From NCBI GenBank assembly GCA_010909165.1, contig VJWM01000173.1, positions 62,001-126,000 on the forward strand: a DNA stretch of 64,000 bases, given 5' to 3'. This stretch comes from Anthoceros angustus (Eukaryota; Plantae; Anthocerotophyta). The notes below the pieces were generated by a model. The model saw only the letters and a program-made list of their open reading frames with translations, did not search any database and was not told the DNA's origin. A program made the translations under genes and the position numbers. Positions within the stretch are counted from its first letter, which is position 1. Each line of letters opens with the position of its first letter. Shown piece by piece: positions 60,909 through 64,000 of this stretch.

Positions 60909-63900
60909 ACCGCCACCACGACGTCATCCTCCTGGCCTCCTCGGGTCCTCACGGGGCCACCACCATCTCCCCTAGCGTAAGTCGAAGGGGCTCCTCCTTC
61001 TCGCAGGCCCCTCGAGGTCTGCCTCGACTCAACTTGTGAGTCCGGCTTATTTCGGTCCGGCCAGGTCCGACCTTGTCTGGGTCCGGACCTCGTGGTCCGG
61101 ATGACAGGGGTCCGGACTCGGGTCCGGACTTATGGACCGAGGTCCGGACTTTCCGGCCTGTCCGGACAAAGTCCGGACTCACGCCCACCCGGTTTCCTCC
61201 TCCTCACGGACTCCTCCGTGGCTCTCCTCAAGTCCTTGCTCCCGATCGCCCGGTGACCCCGTCCCTCCTTCCATGGTGAGGTGCGGGGTGCTTACCTGTC
61301 GCATCCGCCGCTCCCTCGTCCGCTCCTTGCTCCTCTCCGCCTCCGTCATCTCCAAACAGGCCACTAGGGTCCTGTCCCCCCGTGGCCTTCATCTCCTTGA
61401 GCCTTCCAGGGTCCGTGCCGCGCGCCGAGAGGCTTCTCGCCTTGGAGCTCGGCGGTAATAGGCAAAGTCCGAATCGACTTGTTGAATTGCCTCTTCCACG
61501 GTGCCCGAGCACCCGATACTCCTCCGCCATAAGTGTTGGAGTCTGCGCGCTTGTTGGGCCACCTCTCCTGCCAGATTGGAGCCGGTCAGTATCACGCGAG
61601 GCTACAAGGCGGCCTCACCTCCCCCGCACTGTTGCTCCGCCTCCACCTCCGTCGCTTTTCCATCGCCACCTTACCGCCATAGCGCGCTCCCTTCCGCCTT
61701 TCTCACCGGACCAGCCTTCTTTTCGCCCAGCTCGCCTCCGCTCATTCTCGGCCTTTAGCTCCCTCCTCTCCAGGTCGATACCTCCGTCCGACTCCGGACT
61801 TCCTCCAGCCTCAGAGCCCGGCAACGTCCAACTCCTTGGATAGTCGCCGATTTTCCTCCGTCTTGCGAGGCACTGCTTTCGTGCTCAAGTCGTGGATTCT
61901 CTCTTGAGAATCACCGCTCCGACGCATCTTGGAGTTGTAGCTCCAGTGTCCTGCGCCTCCATCTGCCGCCTCCCTTCTACCTCCTGCACTGTGCGGAGAT
62001 CCTCTATCTCCCGAGGCCCCCTGCTCCATAGTCATGGGCCTTCGAGTTAGCCTCTGCCGGCTGCCTCTCCACCGGCCCGATCACGTCTGTAGTGATCCCG
62101 GCCTTTGCCGCGGCTTCCGACTCCTTCGCCGCTTTACGCCCCACTTGGCGCCGCTTAGGGCCGCCTCCGCCAGTCCCGAGCTCTCGCTTGTGCCCGGCCT
62201 CTTCCGCCTCCTGCGCTTCCCCGCAAAGGTCCTCCGCCCGCTTGGGCCTCCTGAGCTTGCTTCACTGCTGACAAGAACCTTGGCCCGGCCCGCCGAACCG
62301 GCCTCGGCCCGCCAGGCGCTTCCCTTCCTCGATCCGAGCGAGGGACTCCGCCTTTCCTTTGCTCCTTCACTTGCTCTTGGAGTTCCACCATCCTCCTCGG
62401 GTGGCCTCCACTTCGGGTCTTCTCACTGCACCACAGAGACCCCAAAGCATTCCGTCCATGACGAGCTGAGACTCGCCGTGTTTCTTCCACGGCCGGTGAG
62501 AGGCCCCACAAAGTCCGTAGTGGAGCCGGCATTTCTCGGTCCGCCAAGGACCTCCATACCGCATCCGAGTAAGTCCGATGGGTTCTCGGACCTAATCAGG
62601 GACCCTCGGGGTCCCGAGTGGTGAGGTCCGAGTCTCACCCTCTTGGCCCTCTTGGCCTCTAACTCCTTTGTGCCCTCTTTCTCGGGGCTCGGAGGAGGTG
62701 AGGGGTCCGGAGCAAGCTCTTTTGCCCCTTCTGCGGAGACTGGCTCGGTGGGGCCGCGTGACCTCCGCCTCCTTGGGCCCCCTTCTCGCCTCCTTACGCC
62801 TCTTGACCTCTTGCCACTCCGCAAGGGGGTAAGGGTACCGCACCTTCCGAGGTGCTGCGTTGGTAGGCACCGTCTTCCGCCTCTTGGCCCCGCCGAGTTC
62901 GTCGGGGCTCGCAGCCCGTCGTGGTTGTTGGTCGCTGTCTGCCGGGCCGAGCCGCCAACGCCCCAGATCGCCTCCTCCCGTGCCTACCGCTCGGAGGGCA
63001 CCAAAAGGAGGAAGGGGAATCGCCTCCAAACTTCCTGGTGGTGAGGGGTTCGCTGAGACGTATGGAGTCCGGAATCCTCCTCCTCCTCCGAGTCCGCTTG
63101 GTCTCAAGGACGACCCCCACCTCGGCGCCCTTGCACGCCCTACTTGGCGGCCTCCAGCCCCTTCCCGAGCGCTCAAGCTCTCCCTCCTTCAGAGCTCGAA
63201 ATGTCCCCATACATGAATCGTATGGGGTCACCGATGGCGAGGGCTTCTCTCCTTAGCTTGTGCCCGATCGAACCGGCGAAGATAATCCTTCCCACCGCTC
63301 TTCCCACTGAGCGCATGTGAATACTAACAGTTATCACCAAGGTGATCCACCTTGGTGAGGTGTTCCAATGGACAATGATCCGGGCTACCGCCCTTACTCG
63401 ATCCGCCAGATCGGATATCAACCATCCGTTGGTTGTCGGCTCCAGCCTCAACGCCACGTGGTCGGGCCCTATCTTCCCTTCGCCTTAAGGGCCGCACCAC
63501 GCCCCTTCTTCCTCCTTCGGCGGTTGTAGGCCATCCTCGGGACCTCCAAGGTCCATCGCCGGGTCCTCCGGACACTGCTACCTCCTTTGAGGGAGTCGGG
63601 TCCGGTGGAGCTTCTCGGACGGTCTTGGTGTCACCACCTCCTTCTTACCACCTTCTTTTTAGCGGGCTTTCTTGCTCTTCTTCTTGCGGGATACTCTTCC
63701 TCGCTAGAGACCTCGTCTCTTCTTGGACGGCTCCTCCTCGAAGACACCTCCGATTGGTCTTCCTCCTCCTCTCAAGACTCTTCCTCCTCAGTCCCGAACC
63801 CGTTTCTTCTTCTTCTTCTTGCCTCCTTGGGATTTCTTTATCCTCGATGTAGCGATTCCTCGTAGTTTTCGGCCGCTCGCCTTGCCCACGTCCTTCTCGG

Positions 63901-64000
63901 CCGGGGCGTGCCATGGGTTTGGCTAGACCGGCGCGAACCACCGTCTGCATCGTGGTATGGGTTGGATGCCGATCCTCGGGGCATAGAACCGCTCGATGTC
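60909..64000 (-). mobile_element. Second tandem copy of the same retrotransposon with ~6-kb internal deletion (no pol); continues past the window end
   Basis: 60909-63570 matches 50490-53164; 63562-64000 matches 59123-59550. Confidence 0.88.

Overview
Eukaryotic plant nuclear DNA with short introns and high GC. It looks like a non-seed land plant (bryophyte-like, hornwort plausible; this is inference only). Four intact host genes all lie on the minus strand: (1) an intron-rich callose synthase of the GSL5/CalS12 type (ATG 7837, runs off the window start); (2) a RAD6/UBC2-like E2 (six exons, 14389-15848); (3) a double PHD/zf-HC5HC2H chromatin protein (33067 to ~40.8 kb); (4) prefoldin subunit 2 (42403-42855). 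The PFD2 3'-UTR intron holds two box C/D snoRNAs predicted to guide 2'-O-methylation of the A in 18S rRNA CG[A]GGAAUU, followed by a pre-miRNA-like hairpin. Most of the rest is transposons. These are a 687-bp hAT with a perfect 8-bp TSD, an unclassified 3.2-kb element with perfect 29-bp TIRs and a 4-bp TSD, Harbinger and hAT remnants, a MULE/SWIM transposase between ~240-bp inverted repeats, and Athila/Tat-like Ty3/gypsy elements carrying an accessory ORF. One gypsy copy is a tandem derivative whose 6-kb microhomology deletion would fuse Gag in frame to the accessory ORF. Repeat copies differ mostly by 1-4 bp indels while host exons are clean, so some frameshifts and tandem duplications may be long-read assembly artefacts. 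Coordinates were read by eye, and TE boundaries are approximate unless TIRs or TSDs are cited.
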